Of a stretch of 64,000 nt of DNA, positions 17,927 through 30,275 are shown one piece after another. The DNA is from Tubulanus polymorphus (Eukaryota; Animalia; Nemertea), in the NCBI RefSeq assembly GCF_964204645.1, contig NC_134025.1:7254001-7318000 (forward strand). Reading direction: 5' to 3'. Positions within the stretch are counted from its first letter, which is position 1, and each line of letters opens with the position of its first letter. The translations under genes and the position numbers were made by a program. The notes under the pieces were generated by a model. It saw only the letters and a program-made list of their open reading frames with translations, was not told the DNA's origin and did no database searches.

Positions 17927-18829
17927 TGAAATAATCACTGTCAACGCAAAACTGGGATTCAATTTGACAACAATTTTCATAATACCGATATATGATGAAA
18001 AAAAATCATGAAATTATGAACCATTGTCCGTTAATAACAATTTGTACTGGTTGAAAGGGTAAAAATGATTGAAAAAAGTGAAAATTATTTTTCGAAATCA
18101 AAGGTTGAAAAGCTACATGAAATAAAAAGGGCATCAAATCATTTTCGAGGATTTTGTTGTTAGTGTTTTATTCTTATTGTATCAATAGAAGATTGGGAAG
18201 TCTCCATAAGGCTGGTGCCAGTCAAAGAATACTTCATAAGTACTGAAATCTGAACCTGTGATAAATTAGATTAGCCTCATAAACAGCCCTGTAATGGAAC
18301 AAACCGAAGCTTTGGTAATCGTAGCGTATCGAGGTGTGAACAAACATTATCAACGTTAATCTGGTGAAACGTTTAAATCATAAGAATATTTATATATTTA
18401 CGTATGTCAGTACAGTTGTACAGTTAAGACGATTGCTGTAATAGAATTTAACATAAACACACGTTGTTTGAAAAGAAGATTGCCTCACGAGGACAAATCG
18501 GATGATCAAAAATTGATTTCGTAAGGTAGGGAATATAAAAATGTGGACGTTTGAAATCCCACAATTCTTGAATAAATGAGGGTATATTTAGAGCAACGTT
18601 TTGGCAATAAACGAATAGCCATGATGGCTACTGGTTTATAGTTTATAGTTTGGAGTTCTTCTTGAACTCTATCAAAATGTGGGAATTATTTTTTTTTTTC
18701 ATTTGCATCGAAAGAAGATCCTCATTTCAGCGTTTTCTGTTAGTGTTGGTGAAATAGAATTTGATTGTGTCCCGTGAGATTTCTTTCTATAAGTCTTTGT
18801 TTTTATCAGGTTTTGGTATAGATAAAAAG

Positions 18830-20697
18830 ATGGCAACAGGGTTTGAAAATCCAGCGCCTACAGATGAGAAAGAAACGGAGGAAAAACGAAAGAAAGTTTA
18901 CAAGCCACCAAAAATAAAAATGGTTTTGAATCTTTTAGTTATCTCCAAAAAGATTTACGACAAATATTCATTAATTTAAATTCATCGATTCAGGGGATAT
19001 GATAGCATTGAAACCTAAAATCGTGAAAGTAATATTCTTTTCGTTATTTCAGGATCTGAGAACAGCTGCAAAAGCTTTCGCATTTAATAAAGCTCTTGGA
19101 GGCTGGCATTCCGTACAAGTTGAAGGCTGTTCGGCGGCTACAAATGCTTTGATTTCTGGAGTAAGATGAATTCTTGTTATTCGTATATCAGTGCCGGCAT
19201 CAACCATTTTTCTATGAATGTTACCGTGAATATCATTAGAATTGGAAACAAAGTTTTCTAACATTCTTCATTCAAGAAAAGACGAAAATTGGATTTCATT
19301 AAATGAATATCAAGACATTGTTTTGAATGTGATTCTTATATTCTTATAGTTTCTCGTCAACAGACGAAATAAGAAGTTTATAACAAAAAAGACAAAAGAT
19401 AAAGCAGAAAACCAGGTAACGTTTATGAATACTGAATACTGATCATTAATGTTAAGATTGTAGAATTTCCGATTCGCAATTGAGTGAATTTTTTGTATTT
19501 ATTCAGGAGTCAGTTGACGAAGATGACGAGAAGTGGGAGACCTGTAGTATTACAGAGGTAAGGACTTCGTCACATTTTTTGTTTGAGTAATTTCCAGCAT
19601 TGGCTTATGTTGTCCACTACTGGACTTTTCATTTTAGAATCCCGTCGATGAGCCAGCAGTCATTGTAAGTCCATTCGATTCTTCTCAACATAAAAAGCAA
19701 AAGAAGGCCACGTATTCATGTTGGAAAATGCCGAACTTTATGGATAATATTGAAAGGTAATCCCAAAATTTAAAGCGTATCTTACGGCTACCTTCATTAT
19801 TGAAGTCACTACAGAGCGTCACGTGTGCATGCAACAACAGTTTTGATCTACTTGGGCCAAATTTGGCCCGGCCAAAAACGTCGGACCAGGCCCGGCCAAA
19901 TTTTAGTCAAATAATTGCGTGTGAATTACTACTAAGTTCTAGAAGTGACTCACTTGGCTCTGATAAGCACTGTTTAGTACCGAGTAAGTGATTTGCGTGT
20001 GAACGCGCTCTCAGGCCTGATCCGTCTCCGTGGTGAATAATTACGCCTTGTTAGAATTTCAGATCACAATGTGGTCATAATTGTCGTCATGAAAATAACG
20101 TTGGATTTCTTTATGCATTATTTTCTAAAGAAATAGTAGGTTCAAGTTTGCGCGACCCGAAAGCTGGATTCCACCGGGGGATAGTCCTTCAGTCGTTTCA
20201 CCGACAACTCAGGTGCATCAGTTACAATTGGTGCTACAGCAAAAAGAGAGAGAACTTGTGTTGTACCGACAACAGTTGAAAAAAGCTCACTTAGAAAACT
20301 ATAAAATCATCAAGTTACTGCAAGGGTGCGTAAGATAATTCACTTGTGGGCATGTGAATGTCACAAAAAGTAACCTAACGGAATTTTGAGGCATAACGGT
20401 AATCTCAGCGAATAAGAAGTATCCACGTTAAGAGTTGGAGATTCAAAAATGAATTCTGATTTCTAATGTTGTTTCGTCCTATTCCTGTATCGATACATAA
20501 GTATATTCGTTTCTAGGTTCACTGGCGATCAATACGAAGAATTATTGAAGGAGAACCAAATCGTCAAGGGGCACATGGCGCGTTTGTCGAGGGAGAACCA
20601 ACGACTGGTTGGAATGCTGAGACAAACGAAAAATCCCAAAATCGCTGAGATGCAACTTTTAGACAAACTTCATCAAACCAAAATATCGAATTCATAG
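18830..20697 (+). CDS. Uncharacterised multi-exon protein with C-terminal coiled coil
   Basis: Chain of GT-AG-bounded open exons: MATGFENPAP..., DLRTAAKAFAFNKALGGW, FLVNRRNKKF, ESVDEDDEKW, LQLVLQQKERELVLYRQQLKK, YEELLKENQIVKGHMARLSRENQRL...NS*. No family recognised; some junctions are uncertain. Confidence 0.65.
19813..20011. mobile_element. Degenerate MITE in an intron of the orphan gene
   Basis: Ends AGAGCGTCAC and GTGAACGCGCTCT are imperfectly inverted. Internal palindromes GGGCCAAATTTGGCCC and repeated TTGCGTGTGAA. Confidence 0.55.
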
Positions 20698-21748
20698 ATC
20701 GAATATGACACCCTCATTTTTTTCACATGTAACTGCTTAAAAGTCTCTTTACGATATTCAATAACAAGATACAATATTTGTTTCATGGACTTGTGTCGCA
20801 TTTTCCTTTTTTCGTCGTTCATGAACTTGTTGTTACGTGTCACGCATTTCATTTTTGTTTGAAGTAAAATGTATCAACAGTGGCTCTTCTGGGGGCCCGT
20901 GTGTGTTTTGAGGAAAAGTATTTGCTTCGTACGGTAGCGTACCGTGCACGTGCTACGGTCGCGAAAATTGCGTGCCCTATTTCATATTTTGTCATCCCCC
21001 GTAGTAAAGAAGACACATTTATTCGTATCTATCAATCCCCAAAAGTAGAAAAGGGTACAACTTAACAAGACGAGGCAGATACACAAACGGGCCCATTCTC
21101 AGTCGGGCATCAATTCCGAAAAAAAATCAAGAAAGGGCATTGTTTGTCTCCATCAATTCCAAAAATAGAAAAGGGCATATATTTCTGCAAGAAAAAGCAG
21201 ATGATTTTCAACAAAAGACACATCATTCTTCAGGATTTCAAAATTTTCGGGGAAGGGTATCAAGATTCGTTTGCCCTTTTAATAAGTTGCGCTACCGGTC
21301 AACAGTATGGTCCCTGTATCCGCCCGCTGGGGGGGGGTCATCCAATCTAGATGCCGGCGCACACTAAAAGATAATCAACCAAAAATATAACACTTCTATC
21401 GCGTGTTTCAGCAATGGGACATAGGTATAAAGAAACTGAGAAATTTCATCAAGGTCGATTTTCGTAGTTCCAGTCACACAGATCATTCAATGACTGATTC
21501 CCAGGAGGGCAATGCGGCCGCAGGGCCGTTTCATTTCCTTTTCACAGTCAGTCAATCCGCCAGACATGGACTCTAAAACGAAGACTCAATGGCTAGACCA
21601 GGAGTCTTTCCCATCTTAAAATGCTGTCATAATAGTGGAAATACATCGAGATAGACTATAGTGATCGGTGACCTGTGTCGGAGCCACCCTTACTTACTAT
21701 GTGCGATGCTGAATAAATGGGATTCGTACCTCATGTTTATAAACATAC

Positions 21749-21771
21749 GCGCATGCACATGCGCTTTCCGG
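21749..21771 (+). promoter_or_regulatory. NRF1-like plus ETS/GABP-like promoter elements upstream of SDHAF4-COQ8
   Basis: GCGCATGCACATGCGC followed by TTTCCGG. Downstream are candidate donors (~21785 or ~21850) and an acceptor TTTTTGCAG at 22177. Confidence 0.55.
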
Positions 21772-22191
21772 TCTCCCAGGGAAGGTCATCGAGCATTCCA
21801 TATATAACCTTTATGTAATAATAAATAGTAATTGAGTCTTCAAATCGTTGTAAGTATACCTTAAGCTATTCAGCATTAAACTTGTTTTTTGTCTTTCATG
21901 GTATAGAGTTGTGTTGCTTTTGTAATAATATTGAGTTTATTTACTGAGTCTATTATAGATATTTCATAGAATTATGGCTCTCAACATGCTCAATACAATT
22001 CACTTTGTTAAATTTAATTTTATTGTAGTCTACTAACTATAGAAACGTTTTGTTATCTACTTCCTTGATGAGACTGCACTTTAGGTCATCTCTCTGAGCA
22101 TTGTCTTGACTTCCTAGCTGTACCAAGAGGGTAAACATATTGTCATGTCTATCACACACAGTGTTAATTTTTTGCAGGATCATGTTATGAG

Positions 22192-22527
22192 ATGGCAATG
22201 TCTGTAATGTCTCTGAGAAAACTGCTTCAAACACCATATCCATTCGCTGTTCTTCGTCATTTTTCAACTAGTAAAACATCCAAACAGCAGAACAGTGATA
22301 ATAAACAACAGAAAAACAAACTGAAAAAGGCTACAACCCCATCAGGAAAGTTGGACGACAATATCGAAACTTCTGCAGAGAAAATTAACCCAACGGTGAT
22401 AATTCCACCATTTCCGAGATTCCCAGAAGATAAGAATCCAGAAACAGGAGAAATAGGAGGTCCACGTGGACCGGAACCAACACGCTACGGAGACTGGGAA
22501 AGAAACGGTCGCGTTTCAGATTTCTAG
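22192..22527 (+). CDS. SDHAF4: Succinate dehydrogenase assembly factor 4 (Sdh8), single coding exon
   Basis: Basic/hydroxylated mitochondrial-type presequence; [11 protein letters not shown]; signature [35 protein letters not shown] with the normal family C-terminus. Confidence 0.96.
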   Translation: MAMSVMSLRKLLQTPYPFAVLRHFSTSKTSKQQNSDNKQQKNKLKKATTPSGKLDDNIETSAEKINPTVIIPPFPRFPEDKNPETGEIGGPRGPEPTRYGDWERNGRVSDF

Positions 22528-22554
22528 ACAGTTTTTTTCCAACAATTCGAAAAA

Positions 22555-25152
22555 ATGTCTCGATTCAGCGATGTACAAGGAATCCTACGTGGATTCAATG
22601 CAATTGCAAAAGCACTATGCACCCATCAGGAGAAGGAATTGCGACATATTTGGCGAAATTCGAGTCTGCGAACTGCGGCGCAGGATTGTCTGAACAAAGC
22701 TGAAGATAAATTTTCGGACTCATTAATTGGAAATCAAGGCCCAAAGGTAAGTTTTCTGTCGGAAAATCTGATTGTACTTGAATCATGAATCTTCCTGAAT
22801 AGAATCAGAATTCTTATGATTTGATATATTTTTAGAATTCAATCATTGATCGAATGACAGTTTTCCCAGCTCAAGCTCAAGCTTTGCTCGAACTTCTCCA
22901 GCAGCAAGTGTCCAAAACTGTTAGGAGTGGAGACAGCAAAACAACAAACGGTTCAGAAGAGTTTGATCCCGAATATGACCTGGGTCTTCCCGAGGATTAT
23001 ATATTACAAGATTCCAGTCCGTCTGTTACGCCAGGATCGACAAGTGGTTCTAAGTGGCAGGTAAAATCTGCATCATTGCGTGGTGTGAATTTGAAAGCGC
23101 CGCACTTAGAACTGAATCATGTGAATAACTTTCACTATGATTCGACTCTAAAGGAAATAACTGAAGAAGAATCGCTAAAAGAAAGTAAACTTAAAGAGAA
23201 TGGAAAAGCTGGTGCCAGCAAAGAGACTCCGCCGGTAGTCACTGAACGGAGACAACATATTATGGAAGCCAAGCCAGTGGACATTCCCATTAGTTCTACT
23301 GAGCCCATTGCAAAACCTGATGTGAAACAAAAAAAGGCACCAAAACTTAAACAAAATTTGAGTGAAAGGGCCAGGGAAAGAAAAGTGCCATCATCTAGAA
23401 TCGGACGTCTTGCTACCTTTGGAGGTCTTGCTGCCGGTCTTGGTGTTGGCGCTCTTGCTGAGGTTACTAGGAAAACTTTTGGTTTCAAATCAACGGGTAT
23501 TATGTCAGATATGAGCCCATTTCTGACCGAAGCTAATGCAGAAAGAATTGTCAATACCCTTTGCCGTGTTCGTGGAGCAGCTCTTAAATTAGGACAGATG
23601 TTAAGTATACAAGATAATACTTTCATCAACCCGCAGCTGCAAAAAATATTTGAACGAGTGAGGCAAAGTGCGGACTTCATGCCAGAATGGCAAATGGAGA
23701 CTGCATTGAATAAGGAACTAGGACCAGATTGGAGAGAAAAGGTCCAGTCATTTGACAGTAAACCATTTGCTGCCGCATCGATCGGACAAGTTCATCGGGC
23801 TACATTACACGATGGACGAGAAGTAGCCATGAAAATTCAGTATCCCGGTGTAGCAAACAGTATCAACAGCGATATTGACAATCTGCTATCGGTTTTCAAT
23901 GTCTGGAATATATTGCCAGAAGGAATGTTTCTTGATAGAGCAATGGATGTGGCACGTCGGGAATTAGCTTGGGAAGTTGATTACCTTCGAGAAGCTGAAT
24001 GGGGCAGGAAATTTAGAGAAGCATTGAAGGATGACCCGGTGTTTTATGTACCTGAAGTGATCGATGATCTCTCATCTGCGCAGATTCTAACTACGGAACT
24101 TGTGAACGGTGCACCAATAGATCAGGCTTTAAATAGTGACCAGGATACTAAAAACATGGTAATTAAGTTGTACATATATCTTTTTCCGTGAATGCTAAAT
24201 ATGACTGTCATCATCATTTGCCAGGATGTTTTTTTTTCATCTACTTCTGTGAAAATATTTTTTGAATCATAATTCAATTTTCAGATCGCTGAGAATATTT
24301 TGCGTTTGTGTTTGAAAGAACTATTCGACCTCCAGTTCATGCAGACTGATCCAAACTGGTCAAATTTCTTTTTTGACCAAGAGTTTAACCAGGTTAGTTT
24401 TTAAAGATTACGAAATGATTCTTGAAGAAATTTCTTGTTAGTTTTGATACTACAGTTTATCTTGCTCAACTAATACGTATTCAACTTGGACTTTCGCTGA
24501 ACTCCTACCAATTTTGCCATATTCAGATTTAGGCAATGTTGACTGTAATAATTTTTGCTCAATTGATATAATAAAGTATGAATTAATTTTCAGTTGTCTT
24601 TGCTGGATTTCGGGGCTACACGTCAGTTTGATAAGTCATTCGTAGATTTATACATCCGAGTTGTTAAAGCCGCTGTAGATAATGATACGGAAGCCGTCAT
24701 ACGAATATCTCAGGAAATGGGTTTTCTGACAGGTTATGAATCTAAGGTGAGTAGTTGAGGTTTTCGTTCTTCCATAGATTCATTGCCCTATGGATGTGTG
24801 TCCTAGAAGGGTATACTTTACGGTCTTATATTAGGTCAGTTGTATCCTTTTCTTATTTTAGGTAATGGAAAGTGCACATGTTGATGCGGTTATGATACTC
24901 GGTGAGGCGTTTAGTCACAATGGAATGTTTGACTTCGGTACTCAAAGTACCGCGTCGCGAATTAATAAACTTATTCCGATCATGCTGCGTCACCGATTAG
25001 TAGCGCCACCTGAAGAAACGTATTCATTACATCGAAAAATGTCTGGTTCGTTTTTACTTTGCGTAAAACTGTCAGCGAAAGTGAATTGTAAAGTAATGTT
25101 TGATGAAGTCTATAACAGATATAAATTTGGCCCTCTAGAAAGCACTCAATAA
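22555..25152 (+). CDS. COQ8: Atypical kinase COQ8 (ADCK3/ADCK4, UbiB family), 5 exons
   Basis: Exons approximately 22555-22746, 22836-24158, 24285-24392, 24594-24746, 24862-25152. Motifs [27 protein letters not shown] (KxGQ), [36 protein letters not shown]. Confidence 0.96.
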
Positions 25153-26428
25153 AAATTCTAATTTCCTTAGTTTGATAGTTTCCATACAAAGACATTTTTG
25201 AAAAACCTTAGTTTATAGGTAAAGCTTCTACAAAAAAACACATTGTATTCATGTTAATTAATTTTTGGATAATTGTGCTTATGATGATGCTAGTTTTAAT
25301 CTTATTGATTCCTCAGGTACCGGTATTTAAGATTACTTGGCAGTACGAATTTGGTTTTTAGAAAGATTTCAGCAATTGATATTTAGTATGTTATATATTG
25401 TATTGAGTGTTTCCTATAATATTGTCCTTGATGAGCAATACTGCCTAAATGAAAAATGTGCAGTGATGTGACTGTGGTGAAATCAATAATAAATTATGAT
25501 TGCAAGAAAAATGCTTGTCTTGTTTTTGTTGCATTTATGATTCGTCAAGTGGATTTCGTGATCTGAAGGACTACAATTAACTATAATTAAGATTGTTAAT
25601 CCTCGAGTTGGTCACGATATTAACCGTAATGCTTGACGACCCGGCGGCCGCAAGCGAATTAGCGTGTTATTAGTTTTTCGTTGCTAATTAGTACAACCCA
25701 CCAGGTGGTGCATCGGTATAAAATCGAATCGTAGAATTTTCGAAAATTTATCGAATTGGTAAGAAAGACACGTTTATTCATTGTTTACATTACTTTTATA
25801 TTCATGGAAAATTGTCTAGATTAGGATTAGTCAGTAACCTGTCTGTGGTTTAGTTTCACGATCGGATATTTTCACAAACCACATGGTATAAGCCCATCCA
25901 ATTATAAAAAGCTTACCACCAACGATTAGGTCTCAGGTAACTAATTAGATTAGGATAATCTAGCACAACTGAGGAATTCCCTTGTTTGTCTGACTTACAA
26001 GTAAAGAGACGTAAAATGAACTTCCACCACACAGTCACAGACACACACGACGACCGTCGACCACCACAGCAGAGAGTCCCTCTGTCCAACATGAAGTTCT
26101 GTTCTACATGAATTACTGTTACATTCATCGTTTCATATATTCTTTTTTGGCTTTTAAATATATCAAATTGAGAACCACCTTATATGCCAAAGAAGTCCAT
26201 CAGAAGAGAGAGGCTCCCCAGCCTCTCGACACTAACTAGTACTACATTTGTTGTTGGCCTACAATAGACGGGCAGCTACAAATCGTAACAAGTAAAGGCT
26301 ATAGAGCCTACATTAAGGAGTTTATTTTGAATGAGTTGTTCAATCAATGGGCTGACAAAATTAAGTGAACTCAATTAAACTGTACGGGTCTTATTGCTTA
26401 CAGAAGCGTGTGGCTTACATTGTCTAAG

Positions 26429-29400
26429 ATGGATGACAACGACATCATGGAACTGGAGGAGGGGAAAAAGAATAAGAATGTGCCTAAAGTGGCAAAGGTA
26501 AGCATATGCTAAAATGAGACTAAAATAAGACCTCAATTCAGATTTCTTTTTCAATCCTCAGATTTTGATCTTATGCAGACATTACTTTTTACCTATACGT
26601 GGTAATAGAACTAATCTTTTGATTTGTCATATAGGTTAAGAACAAGATGCCGGCCTCGGTACAAATTACAGCAGAACAGTTATTACGAGAGGCTAAGGAG
26701 AGAGAATTGGAAATGGTTCCTCCAGTAAGTTCAAAAATACAAACTTCAGTGTTTATTTTTTCGATTTTGGGTATTCACTCCAAATGTATTAATCCGATAT
26801 AATTTCATTCACTGCTTTTAGCCACCGAAACAAAAGATTTCTGACCCGGGTGAACTTGCCGCGTATAAGTTACGAAAAAGAAAGGTAACCAGAAGCTTCA
26901 AAATTCTTGAAAGATGGCATGTTAGAATTAATTGCCGCATTTAGCTGGATGAAACTAATAAATATTTCTCACCCGTAGCTAGAAGTTATTGTTAGACATG
27001 CGAAAAGACTTGTCTAACAATCATTCATTGCAATCTGCTTAAAACAGACTAACATTTTAGAATATCCCGATGTCTAAAAGCTGAAGTCTCATATTTCAGA
27101 TGTTTGAAGATAATATTCGAAAAAATCGGTCAGTGATGCCAAACTGGATTAAGTACGCCAACTGGGAAGAAAGTCAAAAAGAAATTCAAAGGTACCAACG
27201 AATTATAGCCTAATTGATATTCACTTAATTCACATCTCATATAGGCTAATAGTCGCAGCATTGTTACTGAAAATGAATTTATCTCTCTAAATAATGTCGA
27301 ATGTATCCTGCAGGTCTCGATCAATTTTTGAAAGAGCGTTAGATGTCGACCACAGAAATATCACGGTGTGGTTGAAATACGCCGAAATGGAAATGAAGTA
27401 AGTAACATTTGATACTTTCATGAGACAGATTGAACTTTTTTTCTTATACGCCATTAATTTTTCTTTGGTACAATCAATTCCCAGAAGCCGACAGGTAAAT
27501 CATGCTCGAAATGTCTGGGATCGAGCTATCACGATTCTACCGCGAGCGAATCAGTTTTGGTACAAGTACACGTACATGGAAGAAATGCTCGGTAATGTCG
27601 CCGGGGGTCGACAGGTTTTTGAGCGTTGGATGGAGTGGGAACCGGAAGAGCAAGCTTGGCATTCGTACATCAACTTCGAATTGCGATACAAAGAACTTGA
27701 TCGAGCTCGAAATATCTATGAACGATATATCCTTTTCATTCAATCATTACATATTAACGTTTGCGTGCTTCGTGGTCGCTTAGAGCTATGGTGTCGTAAT
27801 TTCCTTCACTATCTTTTACTTGTCATTGTGCATCCGGAAGTTAAAAACTGGATAAAATATGCCAAATTTGAAGAAAAACACCACTACAATAACAGCGCAC
27901 GGTCTATTTACGAGAGAGCTGTTGAATTCTTTGGCGAGGATAACATGGATGAGAAACTCTTCATAGCGTTCGCTAGATTCGAAGAAATGCAAAAAGAGGT
28001 AATGAAGTGCACTCTTGAGAAAGGGTTTATGTTGATAAATATATATATATATATATATATCACGCCTTGATCTTCATTGCATTTTCCTAGCCTATTTCAT
28101 TTATTTTTCAAGCACGAGAGAGCAAGAGTTATCTATAAATACGCTTTGGAACATCTTCCGAAAGAGAAATGCCAGGAAATCTACAAGTGTTACACGATTC
28201 ACGAGAAGAAGTTTGGCGACAGAGCTGGTATCGAAGATGTGATTGTTAGTAAAAGGAAATTTCAATACGAAGAGGTATGAATATATCGGGCAACTGTAAA
28301 AAAGATTTTTCTCAAAAATGAAATGTCTTGGTTCATTTATGTCATGCTGTTTTTAGGAAGTGAAAGCCAATCCTCATAACTACGATGCGTGGTTTGATTA
28401 TGTTCGATTGATGGAGAGTGACGGCGATCCTGAACAAGTGAGAGAAGTGTTCGAACGCGCTATTGCTAATGTACCACCATCTCAGGTAAGGCCTGATTAC
28501 AGCTGTTTGGTTACCAATTACTTCCCCAGTGATGAAATTGTAGTTCTGGTTGTAAATTTCTGGTAGAAGTTATTGAAAACATGATTCATTGAATTGGAAT
28601 ATGAAGAATATGGAACGATGAAAATTATTTTCTATCTCGACAGGTAAAAAGGCATTGGCGTCGTTATATATATTTGTGGATAAACTACGCTGTTTACGAA
28701 GAACTAACGATGGAAGACGCCGAACGTACTCGACAAGTTTACAAGGCGTCTCTCGAATTGATTCCGCACAAGAAGTTCACATTCTCGAAGGTTTGGTTGT
28801 GCTACGCTCAATTTGAGCTACGTCAACACGAGTTAACCACAGCCAGAAAAGCACTTGTAAGTTAGTTTCAACAAACTACCAGTTTTGTTTCAAAGTTGAA
28901 ATATACGTCCATTTGTTTCAATATACTATAGCTTCTCGACTCAATTCTTTTTTTTCGTGTATAGGGAGCTGCTATTGGTAAATGTCCAACCAACAAACTG
29001 TTCCGCGGGTATATCGATATTGAGATTCAGCTGAGAGAGTTTGACAGATGTCGTATTTTATACGAGAAATTTCTCGAATTTGGTCCAGAGAATTGTACAA
29101 CGTGGATGAAGGTATGAACAATCTTCTTACAGCGCTCTGTAATTCCACTGTTAAGGTACATCTTTCCTGGTTTGTGATAAAGTTTCTCTCTGTTTTACAG
29201 TTTGCTGAATTGGAAACGATTCTTGGTGATGCCGAACGAGCTCGCGCTATATTTGAACTAGCGATTAATCAGCCTGTACTCGATATGCCCGAAGTGCTGT
29301 GGAAGGCTTACGTAGATTTCGAGACTGAACAAGAAGACTATGACCGAATTAGGAGTTTGTATCGCCGTTTATTAAAAAGAACACAGCACATAAAGGTAAT

Positions 29401-30275
29401 AATGATGAAACTGAAATATTCCCGGATGTGCCTATTTGTTTATTAATTGCCTTAACACCCTTCTAAATAATGTCTTTTTAGGTGTGGATGAGTTTAGCTC
29501 AGTTTGAAATGACCACCGGTGAAGATGACTGCGTCCAGAAATCACGAGACATTTACAGGGAAGCCGTACAGGCAATGAAGACCAGCGATGATAAGGAATC
29601 ACGTTTAATGTTACTGGAAGCATGGAAAGAGTTTGAGGTAAATCATGAAATCTGATAGTTTCACTAATAACTAGCGATAGGTTTCCAGAAAAGTTTAGCG
29701 CCATTTCTACTTTAAGAATTGGCATGTATGTAGGGATTTCTATTATCACAATCATTTTTCTTTTTAGCATGAACACGGTGATGAAGATAGTCAAGAGAAG
29801 GTGCAGAAACTGATGCCTAATAAAGTTAAACGACGTAAAAAGTTGGAGAATGAAGATGGGGTGAGCACATTATTCAGGGTCCCTACAACTTGATTACTTA
29901 AAACTCCTTTGTGAAGATACTTTATCGGTGCATGAAACTACTTTAATTTGAGCAAAATGGCCAAAACTCATTTCAAACTCCTTCAATTTTGAGAAAAGGC
30001 AATTAGAAATTTTTTTCTCGTTTGTAGTTGTACAGTTGTAAAAGTTTGCTTATGAAACTTGGTTATTGATGAGATTATGTTGTATTTATTTTCAGTCTGT
30101 CAGTGGATGGGAGGAATACTACGATTACATATTTCCCGATGACGAAGCAGCGAAACCGAATCTGAAACTGTTGGCAATGGCGAAGAAATGGAAAAAGGCA
30201 CAAGAAGAAGATGCCGAAAATGATAAGGATGATGATGTTGACGATGGTGGGGAGGGTGACAAAGAAAATTCATGA
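26429..30275 (+). CDS. CRNKL1: Crooked neck-like pre-mRNA splicing factor (Clf1/Syf3), HAT repeats
   Basis: [29 protein letters not shown]; [29 protein letters not shown]; [15 protein letters not shown]; [30 protein letters not shown]. Confidence 0.97.
27727..27819 (+). other. U12-type (minor spliceosome) AT-AC intron in CRNKL1
   Basis: 5' site ATATCCTTT, branch site TTCCTTCAC (27801-27809), 3' AC at 27818-27819. Removal restores the conserved [14 protein letters not shown]. Confidence 0.93.
29875..30036. repeat. Interspersed repeat, copy 1 (begins CAGGGTCCCTAC)
   Basis: Collinear similarity to 57869-58017 (GGGTCCCTACA, TGAGCAAAATG, CCTTCAATTTTGAGAAA, GTACAGT). Confidence 0.75.

Noticed and set aside
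20878-21365. Possible hAT-like element (CAGTGGC...CCGCCCGCTG); similar GGCGGATCC ends at ~35362 and ~57066
   Set aside because: Matching TIR pairs and TSDs could not be established.
23135-23680. 181-aa antisense ORF
   Set aside because: Shadow of the large COQ8 exon with no independent coding features. The same applies to most short ORFs in the supplied track.
24842-24850. GTATCCTTT U12-like donor in COQ8
   Set aside because: It sits in the polypyrimidine tract of an ordinary GT-AG intron.
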